From an uncultured virus (IMG/VR IMGVR_UViG_3300022753_001683) (taxonomy: Duplodnaviria; Heunggongvirae; Uroviricota; Caudoviricetes), in IMG/VR virus record IMGVR_UViG_3300022753_001683: 64,000 nt of DNA; one strand, given 5' to 3'. Under the pieces are notes generated by a model. The model was given only the letters and a program-made list of their open reading frames with translations, made no database searches and was not told where the DNA came from. Shown one piece after another: positions 1 through 10,089 of this stretch. The translations under genes and the position numbers were made by a program. Within the stretch, counting starts at the first letter, position 1. The number at the start of each line of letters is the position of its first letter.

Positions 1-215
1 CTGGTCATATTCATAATGAACGTGCAGACTCTCTTGCTCAAGGTAAGGTTGAGCCAGATGCAAACACTTACTTGACAAACAGTAAAAAAAATGATAGAAT
101 ATATATTGAAGTAAGTGATATTTTCCTCAATTATGCAATGAAGAAAATCACTATTAAAGATGCAGTAATGAAAGTGGTAGAAATTATAAAAAGGGAGGGA
201 AATATTGATGAATGA
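1..215 (+). CDS. rnhA: Ribonuclease HI, C-terminal part (truncated by window start)
   Basis: Frame from nt 3 reads GHIHNERADSLAQG, matching the RNase HI GHxxNExADxLA motif; ends TGA 213-215, overlapping the gyrA start. Confidence 0.75.
   Translation, partial: GHIHNERADSLAQGKVEPDANTYLTNSKKNDRIYIEVSDIFLNYAMKKITIKDAVMKVVEIIKREGNIDE
72..100 (+). promoter_or_regulatory. sigma-A/70-type promoter upstream of gyrA
   Basis: TTGACA(72-77)-17 nt-TAGAAT(95-100) with TG extension. Confidence 0.6.
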
Positions 216-2583
216 TAATATTGTTCTTACTCCTGTAGTGGGAGAAGTAGAGCAATCATTTCTCGACTATTCTCTTTCTGTCATTACAGATCGTGCAATT
301 CCGGCAGTAGAAGATGGTTTAAAACCGGTTATGCGTCGTATTCTGTGGGAAATGCAGGAAGATGGCTTGGCGAGCAATAAACAGTATGTCAAGTGTGCAA
401 CTCCTGTTGGTAACACAATGGCTAAATATCATCCTCATGGTGATAGTTCAATTTATGGTGCTCTTGTTCATGCTTCACAGCCTTGGACTATGAGATACCC
501 TCTAATTGATTTTCACGGTAATAATGGTTCAAGAGATGGTGATGGACCTGCGGCACATCGTTATACTGAGTGTCGTCTAAGTCAAATTGCTGAATCTACT
601 CTTGAACATATTAAAAAGAACACTGTAGATTGGATTCCCAATTATAGTGAAACTGGTGAGGAGCCTGTTTATCTGCCAGGTCGATTCCCCAATCTACTTT
701 GTAATGGTACTACTGGTATTGCAGTTGCTATGGCTTGTTCTTTTGCTCCGCATAATCTGAATGAAGTCATGGAAGCCGCACAAAAGGTTTTGACTGGCGA
801 TTATACTGAAGATGAACTTCTTGAGTGTATCAAAGGCCCTGATTTTCCTACTGGCGGTATTATTGTAAATCAGAAAGAACTGCGTGATGCATATCGAACT
901 GGCAAGGGTCGAGTGCGTATTCGTGGTGAATATCATGTGGAATCCAAGAGCGGGCGTGATACTCTTGTTTTTGATTCCATTCCATATAAGATTTCTAAGG
1001 AAAACCTCATTCTTGAAATCGACACTTTGTGTGAAGAGAAGAAGATTGAAGGTATTACAGAAATCAGAGACGAAAGTAATAAAAAGGGCGTACGATTTGT
1101 CATTGAACTTGCAAAAGGCATTAATGGCGACGTAATTGCTAATAAGTTATATCGTCTCACAGAGCTTGAAACTACATATAGCATCAATCAAGTTGCTCTT
1201 GTAGATAAAACTCCTAGACTGCTGAGTTTTAAGACTCTTGTTGAAAAATACGTTGAACATCAAGAAGATGTTTTTCTGCGTCGTTTAAATTATGAACTTG
1301 AAAAGCTGAAAGATCGTATTCATATCCTTCATGGTCTGGCAAAAGCGGTTGAAGATATTGATCATGTAATTCAGTTGATCAAGAGTGCAGAAAATTCTAC
1401 TGACGCTAGCGTAAAACTGCGCGCCAAATATGGATTTACTGAAGTGCAGGCTAAAGCAATCTTGGATATGAAGCTGAGCAAGTTGGCTCATACTGAAAAG
1501 ATTGCGATTGAAAATGAGCTAGAAGAGAAACAGAAAAAGGCTGACGCATTGATTATTTTGATTGAAAATCGTGCGGCTCGCTGTGTAGCTCTTTCTGGTG
1601 AGTTTACAGAGTTTGCTAAGAAGTTTGGTGACGCTCGTAGAACTACTGTAACTAACATTGAAATGACCGCGGAAGAAAAAGAAGTTGCGGAAATTGTTCC
1701 TGAGAATTGCGTAGTTGTGATTACTGAAGCTGGTAATATTAAACGCATTCCTGCCACTTCTTATCGTACTCAAAAGAGAAATGGTAAAGGTATTAAGAAT
1801 CAGGATGAAGTAATTCAGAATGTAATTAAGACTAATACTATTGATAACCTGATGGTGTTCTCTTCTTTTGGTAAGGTATATCGACTTGCGGTAAATGATG
1901 TGCCAGTCGGCACTAATGCAACTCGTGGTACTTCTATTGAGACTCTTGTTGCCATGGATGTCGGTGAGAAATTTGTAACTTTGGCTTCTGTTGATCGCAC
2001 TGCACCGAATGGTCAGTATGTGTGGTTCATTACTAAAAATGGTGTAATCAAAAAGACTGGTTTGTCTGAATATGCTGGCATGAAGCGCAAGACTGGTGTT
2101 ATTGCGACGACTCTGCGCGAGGGTGATAGTCTGGTTAAGGTGTTTGTTGCTCCTGATTCTCAGCTGATTGTGTTCACCAAAAATGGTATGGGATTAAGAT
2201 TTGATGGTAAAAATGTCAGTGCATCTTCTCGTACTTCTATTGGTGTTAAAGCAATCAACATGAATGAGGGTGATTCTGTTGCAGATGTTGTGTATCTTTC
2301 TGGAGAGAAGGATATTATGATTTTTGCTCAGAATGGCATAGCTAAGAGAATACCATTGAGTGAATTTGTCTTACAGAATCGTGCAGGCAAGGGTTTAATT
2401 TGTCACAAACCTGGCGATGTGGTTGCGGCATGTCCTGTAAATGATGATCATATGATGCTTGTTGTTGGTGATGTAACAAGTATTTGTATTTCTGCTTCTG
2501 ATGTAACCGAAGGTAGCCGAGCAACTCAAGGCGTAATGGTTATTAAAGGAAGTAATATTCTTGGAGTAGCGAGGATTAATTAA
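208..2583 (+). CDS. gyrA: DNA gyrase/topoisomerase IV subunit A
   Basis: DGLKPVMRRIL, YHPHGDSSIY, AAHRYTE (catalytic Tyr), GPDFPTGG, and C-terminal beta-pinwheel repeats (QKRNGKG, QNRAGKG); SD GGGAGG upstream. Confidence 0.95.
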   Translation: MNDNIVLTPVVGEVEQSFLDYSLSVITDRAIPAVEDGLKPVMRRILWEMQEDGLASNKQYVKCATPVGNTMAKYHPHGDSSIYGALVHASQPWTMRYPLIDFHGNNGSRDGDGPAAHRYTECRLSQIAESTLEHIKKNTVDWIPNYSETGEEPVYLPGRFPNLLCNGTTGIAVAMACSFAPHNLNEVMEAAQKVLTGDYTEDELLECIKGPDFPTGGIIVNQKELRDAYRTGKGRVRIRGEYHVESKSGRDTLVFDSIPYKISKENLILEIDTLCEEKKIEGITEIRDESNKKGVRFVIELAKGINGDVIANKLYRLTELETTYSINQVALVDKTPRLLSFKTLVEKYVEHQEDVFLRRLNYELEKLKDRIHILHGLAKAVEDIDHVIQLIKSAENSTDASVKLRAKYGFTEVQAKAILDMKLSKLAHTEKIAIENELEEKQKKADALIILIENRAARCVALSGEFTEFAKKFGDARRTTVTNIEMTAEEKEVAEIVPENCVVVITEAGNIKRIPATSYRTQKRNGKGIKNQDEVIQNVIKTNTIDNLMVFSSFGKVYRLAVNDVPVGTNATRGTSIETLVAMDVGEKFVTLASVDRTAPNGQYVWFITKNGVIKKTGLSEYAGMKRKTGVIATTLREGDSLVKVFVAPDSQLIVFTKNGMGLRFDGKNVSASSRTSIGVKAINMNEGDSVADVVYLSGEKDIMIFAQNGIAKRIPLSEFVLQNRAGKGLICHKPGDVVAACPVNDDHMMLVVGDVTSICISASDVTEGSRATQGVMVIKGSNILGVARIN

Positions 2584-2943
2584 ATGAGAAAAATGATGAT
2601 TTCTGATGAATATTGGTTTGAAACGGCTGAGCTATATGTTGATGCTCAGCGAGTAATCGCAACAATTTATTTGATTGAAGCGATGCCTGATTGGATGGAA
2701 GAGATTACGCATCATTATCGAGACATTCTTGTGCGTCACATTTGTGAAAAACGTGGTTTTGATATTGATGTAAATCCTGAGTACTATGAAATTCTCGAAG
2801 ATGTACTTTGTGAAAAGATGGTAAATGATTGTGAGCCATATCACGAAGAGCGCCCTAATCGCGCACCAGATTGTAGAGAGTATGTTGAAGAGTTGTATCA
2901 ATATTTGATGGAGCTGCCTATTGTATTTACCGAAGGAGAATAA
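2584..2943 (+). CDS. Hypothetical protein (119 aa)
   Basis: ORF abuts the gyrA stop and is collinear in the operon; no motif recognised. Confidence 0.7.
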   Translation: MRKMMISDEYWFETAELYVDAQRVIATIYLIEAMPDWMEEITHHYRDILVRHICEKRGFDIDVNPEYYEILEDVLCEKMVNDCEPYHEERPNRAPDCREYVEELYQYLMELPIVFTEGE

Positions 2944-2944
2944 T

Positions 2945-4093
2945 ATGTATCCTGAAGCTCTTATTATTGAACCTATGAAAATTAACAAAATTCCAGAGGG
3001 GAAGGAACATATGTTTCCTTCCCTCTGCGAAAGCGGAGAGTATTTCGCCCAGCTAAAGAAAGATGGTTACTGGTATATGTATGAAAAGACTGAAAATCAT
3101 GCCTACCTTTTTAGTCGTACAACCAGTGCTGTTACTGGTACTCTTGCCGAGAAGGGTGCTAATGTACCTCATATTATGGAGGTTTTAAATCATCTTCCTG
3201 CGGGCACTATTTTGATTGGAGAAATTTATTATCCCGGCAAGAGAAGTAAAGATGTAACTCCTATCATGGGCAGTTTACCTGAAAAAGCTATTGAACGTCA
3301 GAACGGTGAATATGGTTATTTACATTACTATATCCATGATATGATTCGATACAAGGGAAAGGATCTGACTTCTTGTGGTGCAGGAATTCGTTACGATCTT
3401 CTCAAGAGAGTGTTCGATCTTCATTTACTGGGTAATTATACCATTGGTGATGATCATTTTATTGAACTTGCTGAACGAATTGATGAAAATATTCAAGAGT
3501 TTGTTGCTGACGCTCTTGAGCGAGGAGAAGAAGGAGCTGTCCTCAAAAAGAAAACCGCTCCATACACTCCAGGAAAACGACCCGCATGGGATACAATAAA
3601 AATTAAGAAAACTGATACTTGTGATGCTATTTGTATTGGTTTCTGTGCTCCAACCATTGAATATACTGGTAAAGAAATTGAAACTTGGCCGTATTGGTGC
3701 GCGTATATGGGTGAAAATGGTACAGGTGAAGAGGGAACAGATCGTACTGAATGGGTGCGCATGCCGCTCGACACTTATTATGAGCAGTCTAAACAAAATC
3801 CTGAGCTGTGGACTCCTGTAACTAAAGCGTATTATTATGGTTGGGTTACTTCTATGCGCGTTGGTGCATATGACGATAATGGTAAAGTTATTGAAATTGG
3901 TACTGTATCTTCTGGCATGACAGAAGAGCTTGAAGCAGATGCTGCGGCTCGTCCATGGATGTACCTTGGAAAAGTTGTTAAACTTGCAGGAATGGAAAAA
4001 GATCGAACTGCAAAAACTCTTCGACATTTCTATTTTAAAGGGTTTCATACAGATAAAGACCCTAGGGATTGTTTAATTAAAGAAATTTTTTGA
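2945..4093 (+). CDS. ATP-dependent DNA ligase
   Basis: KxDG motif (QLKKDGYW), LIGEIY, EGAVLK, IKIKK, and OB-fold IGTVSSG; SD AAGGAG before ATG 2945. Confidence 0.85.
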   Translation: MYPEALIIEPMKINKIPEGKEHMFPSLCESGEYFAQLKKDGYWYMYEKTENHAYLFSRTTSAVTGTLAEKGANVPHIMEVLNHLPAGTILIGEIYYPGKRSKDVTPIMGSLPEKAIERQNGEYGYLHYYIHDMIRYKGKDLTSCGAGIRYDLLKRVFDLHLLGNYTIGDDHFIELAERIDENIQEFVADALERGEEGAVLKKKTAPYTPGKRPAWDTIKIKKTDTCDAICIGFCAPTIEYTGKEIETWPYWCAYMGENGTGEEGTDRTEWVRMPLDTYYEQSKQNPELWTPVTKAYYYGWVTSMRVGAYDDNGKVIEIGTVSSGMTEELEADAAARPWMYLGKVVKLAGMEKDRTAKTLRHFYFKGFHTDKDPRDCLIKEIF

Positions 4094-4118
4094 CTTTTCA
4101 AAAAATTTTTAGTATAAT
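4090..4118 (+). promoter_or_regulatory. sigma-A-type promoter
   Basis: TTGACT(4090-4095)-17 nt-TATAAT(4113-4118). Confidence 0.75.
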
Positions 4119-4151
4119 ATATATGTAAGATGAAGAAAGGAAAAAATCACT

Positions 4152-4349
4152 GTGACTAAAAAACAGCTGAAACAGCTTGCTAAGAAGTTGGCAGATTATG
4201 AGTTCATTATTCAGACCTCAAATGACCCCTACAAGGTCAACGATGCTAAAGATCGTATTGCCCAGCTCACTGAATCTTCTGACCTCGAGATTGAAGATAT
4301 GGTAAAACTCGACGACATGATTCAAGCAATGCTCAGTGAAAAAATTTGA
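4152..4349 (+). CDS. Small hypothetical protein (65 aa)
   Basis: GTG start with SD AAGG, directly behind a promoter; typical codon usage. Confidence 0.7.
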   Translation: MTKKQLKQLAKKLADYEFIIQTSNDPYKVNDAKDRIAQLTESSDLEIEDMVKLDDMIQAMLSEKI

Positions 4350-4374
4350 CTTTTTTCAAAAAAAATTGTATAAT
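4346..4374 (+). promoter_or_regulatory. sigma-A-type promoter
   Basis: TTGACT(4346-4351)-17 nt-TATAAT(4369-4374). Confidence 0.75.
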
Positions 4375-4474
4375 ATATACAGTTAATAACTGATAGGCCC
4401 AGAAACCATCAGATTATTATATACAATAAAAATATTTTGAGATGCGGTAAAACCGCAAGAAGGAGATTACGATT

Positions 4475-4747
4475 ATGGCTATGAAGGAAAATACTAAGAC
4501 TGTTATCACTTATCTGCAGGGCCTGGACGAGTCCGTGAATGTTACCGCCGCTGATGTTGCTGCTGCTCTGAACCTTGAGAAGCGCTCCGTTGATGGCATT
4601 TTTACCTCCGCTGTACAGCGCAAGGGTTATGGTGTGCGTGTTGCCGCTGAGGTTGAGCTCGAGGATGGCACCCACAAGGCTGTTAAGTTCCTTAAGCTGA
4701 CTGATGCTGGTCGCCAGCTGGATGTCAACGCTGAGGACGCTGAGTAA
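4475..4747 (+). CDS. Small winged-helix-like DNA-binding protein, probably highly expressed
   Basis: VTAADVAAALNLEKRSVDGIF...LKLTDAGR resembles a wHTH; strongly biased codons; own promoter and terminator. Confidence 0.65.
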   Translation: MAMKENTKTVITYLQGLDESVNVTAADVAAALNLEKRSVDGIFTSAVQRKGYGVRVAAEVELEDGTHKAVKFLKLTDAGRQLDVNAEDAE

Positions 4748-4765
4748 TTTAAGCGTTAAATTCCC

Positions 4766-4802
4766 ATCGGGGCTGGTATTCGGTTATCAGCCCCGATTTT
4801 TC
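4766..4802 (+). terminator. Intrinsic terminator
   Basis: ATCGGGGCTG...CAGCCCCGAT stem followed by a T-run. Confidence 0.75.
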
Positions 4803-4817
4803 TAACTTGAGGTAGAT

Positions 4818-5777
4818 ATGACCGGATTATGGATTTTTGAAATTGCATTACTAGCTCTGATAATCGGTATGCTTTGCTGGTTCCGGTCACGGCACTACGC
4901 AAAGTGGTCTGAATATCAAGAGCTTAAAAAAAAATGTGAGCAAGCTATTAAGGGAAGACAAGAGGCGGAATGCGCAGCGTAGGCAGCGTTATCTGCAGAG
5001 ACGCTCGCTAAGTAGAACTTACAATCAATTAACGAAAATGTAAGACTTGGCAATGAATAGCTTCGCAACAATGAGCAAGCTTTAATAGATCAAGAGCGTA
5101 TTGTAAGAGAAAAAATTGAATATGAACGATCCATATGGTTAAAAAATATGGAAGAAGAGCAGCAAGCAATATTGCTTGAGACCCAAAAGGAGTTTGCAGA
5201 ACAGTTCGCCGCAAGCAATCAACAAAAACTCGCGGCCGCACGACAACTCACCGAACAAGTAATTCAGCTCAAGTCAACTGTTGCCTCTGCTGTCGAAATT
5301 GCAAAACATAAGATGGAAGAAGAATCTGCCGCAGAATTTTATAAATTACAATTGCCGCAAGAAAGTTTAAATGATATTGAAGCACTTCGTTCTATTGAAT
5401 CGCTCTTGCATAATTCAGAAGCGATTAATAAAGTGATTTGGAAGATGTATTATGAAAAACCTTATACAGACTTGATTGGTCGTATTGGACTTACAAGTAC
5501 TGTTTGTGGCATTTATAAAATTACCAATATTGAAAATCAGATGACATATGTTGGTTAGGCTGTAAATATCGCAGACCGTTGGAAACAACATATTAAGCGT
5601 GGTATTGGTGCAGATGCTCCTACATAGAACAAACTTTACCCCGCAATGAAAAAATTTGGTCCAGAAAATTTTACTTTTGAAATTATTGAAAAGTGTTCTC
5701 GTGATAAACTCAATGAGCGAGAAGATTACTGGCAAGAGTTTTATAAAGCAAAAGAATTTGGATACAGTATAAAGTGA
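4818..5777 (+). CDS. GIY-YIG endonuclease with N-terminal membrane anchor and coiled coil; 5 in-frame TAG read as Gln
   Basis: ATG 4818 with SD GAGG; one continuous frame with TAG at 4980, 5013, 5058, 5556, 5625; CGIYKITN...YVG(TAG)AVNIADRWKQH is the GIY-YIG YIGQ motif; stop TGA 5775-5777. Confidence 0.85.
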
Positions 5778-5786
5778 GGAAAGTAT

Positions 5787-6098
5787 ATGTATAGAATTAT
5801 TGATGGACGTGGTAGCGGTAAGACTAGCCGTTTGATGTTGCTCGCCAAGGAAAATGGAGCAACTCTTGTATGTAGTAATCCAAGAGCAATGGAAGCTAAG
5901 GCTCATGCATATGGCATTGTTGGTATTGACTTTATGAGTTATGCTGATGCTATTGATCATATGCGACACCCAGATAGTCGATATACTGCCGAAAATAGAC
6001 GACCTGCAATGGTTGTGGATGAAATTGAAGATTTTGTTCAGTGCGCTCTTGGTATGAATGGTCCGCTAATTGGCTATACATTAAGTAATGAGGATTAA
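5787..6098 (+). CDS. Small P-loop-containing hypothetical protein
   Basis: GRGSGKT Walker A-like and VVDE Walker B-like motifs in 103 aa. Confidence 0.65.
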   Translation: MYRIIDGRGSGKTSRLMLLAKENGATLVCSNPRAMEAKAHAYGIVGIDFMSYADAIDHMRHPDSRYTAENRRPAMVVDEIEDFVQCALGMNGPLIGYTLSNED

Positions 6099-6101
6099 AA
6101 T

Positions 6102-7100
6102 ATGAAGTTTGCAGAAACAGATGTTTGGGGTTTTGAACACGCATTGCGTGGTATGAGAAACCCAAAGAATAGTTGGAAGCAATCTGATAGTTGGGAAATG
6201 CCGTTCGATGATCCGGAAGGTCCTGCGCGCGGTTTTTATTGGATTGGTCCCAAGGATATGAAGCTCGCTCAGACTCTTATTAAGGCTGGCCCTGAGCATC
6301 GTAAGTTTTTACGTCAGATTTTTGTATCTGTCGATATTACCGCTCCTCTTTATTGGTGGAAGGAATTTGACACCTATAAGGTTGGCACTGTTGCAAATTC
6401 CACATCTACTATGCACAAGTTAATGAGTAAGCCAATTACTCGTGAGTCTTTTGAAATTGATGATTTTTGTGAAGATTTAAGTGTTCAAAAAGTTGATCAG
6501 AGCGGAGTCACCGAAGCCGGTCATGAAGTTGGATATCTTGACCATTGGCATATGGAAATGTTTACTGATCATTTGATTGAACATCTTGAAGATATTCGAC
6601 AGGATTATATTCGTTGGCAAGAAGCCGCTAAACTTCCCACTGGCGATGAAGAGTGGCTTGATCATTGCGAAGAAATGCAATATCATTTATGGAAAGAGCT
6701 TGTCCGCTGGCTGCCCGAAGGCTGGCTGCAGACTCGTACTGTTACCATGAATTATGAAAATCTTCTTGCAATGTGTTCCAAGGGTCAGCGTCGTTTCCAT
6801 AAATTAAATGAATGGTCTGGTAAAGAAGATCCGAATCTTACCAGTTTTATTGCTTGGGCTCGCACTCTTCCATATGCACAGGAGTTTATCTTTATTGATG
6901 AAATGTTCGTCCCAACTCCTGCAGAAGTTTGCGGAAAAGCGCTCCGCGAAATTTGTGGAAAACTCGCTGCGGCGCAAATGACAGAACAGGATTTCTCCGC
7001 TCTTGGTGTTACCGTTTTAAATCCAGATGGAACTTTCAAGTCTGTTTTTGAGATTTTCTCTGAACTTGCGAAGAAATTTGACAAAAATGAAATTTTTTGA
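6102..7100 (+). CDS. ThyX-like (flavin-dependent thymidylate synthase-related) phage protein with C-terminal extension
   Basis: HRKFLRQIFVSVDITAPLYWWKEFDTY, ANSTSTMHK and QRRFHKLNEW resemble divergent phage ThyX-like proteins. Confidence 0.6.
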   Translation: MKFAETDVWGFEHALRGMRNPKNSWKQSDSWEMPFDDPEGPARGFYWIGPKDMKLAQTLIKAGPEHRKFLRQIFVSVDITAPLYWWKEFDTYKVGTVANSTSTMHKLMSKPITRESFEIDDFCEDLSVQKVDQSGVTEAGHEVGYLDHWHMEMFTDHLIEHLEDIRQDYIRWQEAAKLPTGDEEWLDHCEEMQYHLWKELVRWLPEGWLQTRTVTMNYENLLAMCSKGQRRFHKLNEWSGKEDPNLTSFIAWARTLPYAQEFIFIDEMFVPTPAEVCGKALREICGKLAAAQMTEQDFSALGVTVLNPDGTFKSVFEIFSELAKKFDKNEIF

Positions 7101-7106
7101 TATAAT
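7078..7106 (+). promoter_or_regulatory. sigma-A-type promoter
   Basis: TTGACA(7078-7083)-17 nt-TATAAT(7101-7106), extended TG. Confidence 0.8.
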
Positions 7107-7159
7107 ATATATGTAAGGTTGATAAAGAACCGTCAAATAAATCAAAGGAGAAGAAAAAG

Positions 7160-7516
7160 ATGTCTAAACAGCAGGAATTTATTACTTGGGTCGAGGGAAT
7201 GATTTCCGAGAGTTCCATTGAACCCACCGATGGTGCTAAGGCTTATTGGGAGGCTCTCAAGAACGCTGATGTACCATCTGCCAAGCCTGCCTTTACCGAC
7301 AATGGTAAGCTAATTCTACAGCAACTCCAGCAGATGCCCGAGGGAATGTACAAGGCTCGAGACATTGCGGAAGCCCTGTTCATTGCTCCGAAGTCTGTTT
7401 CTGGCGCGATGCGTAAGCTCGTAACGGATGGATATGTTGAAAAGGTTGGCAAGGACCCTATTATGTATTCCATTACTGAAAAAGGTAAGAATGTTGATTT
7501 TGAAGGAGATAACTAA
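7160..7516 (+). CDS. Winged-helix DNA-binding protein
   Basis: KARDIAEALFIAPKSVSGAMRKLVTDGYVEK...YSITEKG wHTH signature. Confidence 0.75.
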   Translation: MSKQQEFITWVEGMISESSIEPTDGAKAYWEALKNADVPSAKPAFTDNGKLILQQLQQMPEGMYKARDIAEALFIAPKSVSGAMRKLVTDGYVEKVGKDPIMYSITEKGKNVDFEGDN

Positions 7517-7519
7517 TTT

Positions 7520-8461
7520 ATGAAGAAGATGATTAATACTACTCACATTGAGGGTCTGGTGTATGACCACAAGCTGGAGAAGAAGGTAAGCGGCGATACT
7601 TCCAAGAATCCCGGTACCGAGTTTATCAACGGCATTCTGAACGTGGCTACTGACGACAAGGGTATGAATGTTGTGCCCGTTCATTTCTCCTATGTGACTG
7701 CTACCACTTCTAAGGGTGGCACTAATAACACTTATAATGCGCTTGCTCGTATCATCGACGAGAATCCTTCTGTTGTGAAGGTTGGCCGCGATAATGCTAT
7801 GAAGGTTCGCATTGATTCTGCGGTTGGTCTGAATGAGTTCTTCGCAGATCTGAAGGACGAGAAACCTGTTTGCGCGAAGCGTAACGAGGGTGGTTTCGTT
7901 CACATTGTGAATGAGATTGATGAGGACGAGAAGAAGCGTTCCTATTTTGAAACCGATATGCTGATCACTGGTGTCCGTGATGTTGAGGCTGATCCTGAGC
8001 GTAATCTGCCTGCCAAGGTTGTTGTTATGGGATATGCATTCGACTTCCGTAATGCACTGCTTCCTGTTGAATATTCCGTTCTGAATGAGAATGGTATGAA
8101 GTACTTCCAGAAGCTAGATTGCTCTCCTGCGAATCCTACCTTTACCAAGGTTTGGGGTCGTCAGATTTCTCAGACTATTAAGACTGAGATTACTGAAGAG
8201 TCTGCATTCGGTGAGGCTTCTGTTCGCATTCGTGAGACCACCAATCGTGATTTCGTAATTACTGGTACTTCCAAGGTTCCTTATATGTGGGATGATGATA
8301 GCACCATCACCGCAATGGAAATGAAGAAGGCTCTGCAGGATCGTGAGATTTATCTTGCTGGCGTAAAGAAGCGTCAGGAGGACTACCAGAATTCCAAGAC
8401 TAACGGTGCGGCTGCTAAGACTGCTATGGCTAATACTGCTGCTTCCGGTTATAATTTCTAA
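7520..8461 (+). CDS. Putative single-stranded DNA-binding protein
   Basis: 313 aa, beta-rich, highly expressed codon bias, flexible tail ending in an aromatic residue; sits next to AAA ATPase and helicase. Confidence 0.5.
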   Translation: MKKMINTTHIEGLVYDHKLEKKVSGDTSKNPGTEFINGILNVATDDKGMNVVPVHFSYVTATTSKGGTNNTYNALARIIDENPSVVKVGRDNAMKVRIDSAVGLNEFFADLKDEKPVCAKRNEGGFVHIVNEIDEDEKKRSYFETDMLITGVRDVEADPERNLPAKVVVMGYAFDFRNALLPVEYSVLNENGMKYFQKLDCSPANPTFTKVWGRQISQTIKTEITEESAFGEASVRIRETTNRDFVITGTSKVPYMWDDDSTITAMEMKKALQDREIYLAGVKKRQEDYQNSKTNGAAAKTAMANTAASGYNF

Positions 8462-8480
8462 TTAAGGAGGAAGAAGTAAT

Positions 8481-9464
8481 ATGGCCAATGCTCTTACAAT
8501 GATTAAGCCACATGAGGTCTCTCGAGACCTCAGTGGTTACTCCGTTCTCTTCTATGGTACCCCTAAGTCTGGTAAGACTACCATTGCTTCTCATTTCCCC
8601 AAGTCCCTTGTATTTGCTTTCGAAAAGGGTTATTCCGCAATTCCCGGTATTATGGCTATTCCCGTTAATAGCTGGCGTGAGTTCCGTAGCTTCCTAATGG
8701 ATCTGCGCGAAGATGAAACCAAGGAAATGTACAAGACTGTGGTTATGGATACCGCAGACATTGCTTGGGATTATTGCACTGATTATGTCTGTCAGCAGAA
8801 TGGTGTATCCAAGATTGGCGACATTCCTTATGGCGGTGGTTATGCTCTTGCTCAGCGTGAGTTTGACACCTGTATTCGTAAGATTCTGCAGATGGATTAT
8901 GGCCTCGTTCTGATCTCTCACTCTAAGGAAAAGACCTTGAAGGATGAACAAGGTAATGAGTACGATCAGATTATGCCCACTCTTGAAAATAAGGCTCGCC
9001 TAATCTGTGAGCGTACCTGCGATATTATCGGTATGTGTCGTCCTGTTAAGGAAGCCGATGGTAGTGTTCAGACTCGTCTGTTCCTGCGCGAGACTCCTCG
9101 TTATGTCGCTGGTTCTCGTTTCAAGTATATTGTGGATTCCATCCCCTTCACCTATGATAATCTTGTAAAGGCAATTACTGATGCTATCGAGAAGGAAGCT
9201 CAGGAAACTGGAAACAAGTACGTTACCGCAACTAAGGCAAACCTGCATATTGCACCTGAAGCTAAGACCTATGATTTCAAGGCCCTGATTGATGAATTCC
9301 AGACTATCGTCGGTCAGCTTATGAGCAAGAGCCCGGCTAACCGTTCTAAGATTTCTGGCATCGTAGCCGAGTATCTGGGCGGCGAAAAGAAGGTTGGAGA
9401 TTGCACCGAAGATGATGCACCTCAGCTTGACCTGATCCTTCAGGAGCTCCGCACTCTAGCCTAA
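8481..9464 (+). CDS. AAA-family ATPase (Sak4/AAA_24-like recombination protein)
   Basis: YGTPKSGKTT Walker A, VVMDT Walker B, LISH, CDIIG. Confidence 0.8.
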   Translation: MANALTMIKPHEVSRDLSGYSVLFYGTPKSGKTTIASHFPKSLVFAFEKGYSAIPGIMAIPVNSWREFRSFLMDLREDETKEMYKTVVMDTADIAWDYCTDYVCQQNGVSKIGDIPYGGGYALAQREFDTCIRKILQMDYGLVLISHSKEKTLKDEQGNEYDQIMPTLENKARLICERTCDIIGMCRPVKEADGSVQTRLFLRETPRYVAGSRFKYIVDSIPFTYDNLVKAITDAIEKEAQETGNKYVTATKANLHIAPEAKTYDFKALIDEFQTIVGQLMSKSPANRSKISGIVAEYLGGEKKVGDCTEDDAPQLDLILQELRTLA

Positions 9465-9504
9465 TCTCTCTCATATACGAGCCACGGATGAAATACTCCG
9501 TGGC

Positions 9505-9533
9505 TTGACTTTTATTAAAAAATATGATATAAT
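9505..9533 (+). promoter_or_regulatory. sigma-A-type promoter overlapping an upstream hairpin (AGCCACGGA...TCCGTGGCT, 9480-9505)
   Basis: TTGACT(9505-9510)-17 nt-TATAAT(9528-9533). Confidence 0.75.
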
Positions 9534-9567
9534 ATATGTAGAAGGAATATAGAAAGGAGCGTCGGTG

Positions 9568-10086
9568 ATGGCACATGTAGTAAAATGCCCATATTGTGGC
9601 AAATCCTTCGATAGAGATAAAATGTTAGATTTTGTGCAGGTTAATTCTCGTCGATATGCACATACCCAGTGTCATGCAGAACACCTCGCTCAAATGTCTC
9701 AAGAGGAGAAAGACTTGATGGCGCTTGAGGCATACATCAAGAAACTACTCAATTTGGATACGATAAATGCGCGAGTGCGGAAACAAATTACTGATTATCA
9801 CAACAATCAGAATTATTCTTATACAGGAATTCTGAAAGCATTGACTTATTTCTATGAAGTCAAAGGTAATTCCACAGAAAAAGCCAACGGTGGTATTGGT
9901 ATTGTTCCATATGTATATCAAGATGCATTTAACTATTATTACCATATTTGGATGGCGAAACAAACCAATGAGGTAAAACCAATTGAGCAATATACCGCTC
10001 CTCCAAAGAGAGAAATTGTTATTCCTCGTCCAAAGAGAGTGGAAAAGAAAAGAAAATTATTTGCGTTTTTAGACGAGGAGGAGTAA
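9568..10086 (+). CDS. Hypothetical protein with N-terminal zinc-binding motif (possible helicase loader/replication factor)
   Basis: CPYC...HTQC; immediately upstream of the helicase. Confidence 0.6.
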   Translation: MAHVVKCPYCGKSFDRDKMLDFVQVNSRRYAHTQCHAEHLAQMSQEEKDLMALEAYIKKLLNLDTINARVRKQITDYHNNQNYSYTGILKALTYFYEVKGNSTEKANGGIGIVPYVYQDAFNYYYHIWMAKQTNEVKPIEQYTAPPKREIVIPRPKRVEKKRKLFAFLDEEE

Positions 10087-10089
10087 CCA

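Noticed and set aside
4818..5777. GIY-YIG gene as an intron-encoded homing endonuclease
   Set aside because: No split host gene flanks it, and the TM plus coiled-coil architecture with a C-terminal nuclease does not fit
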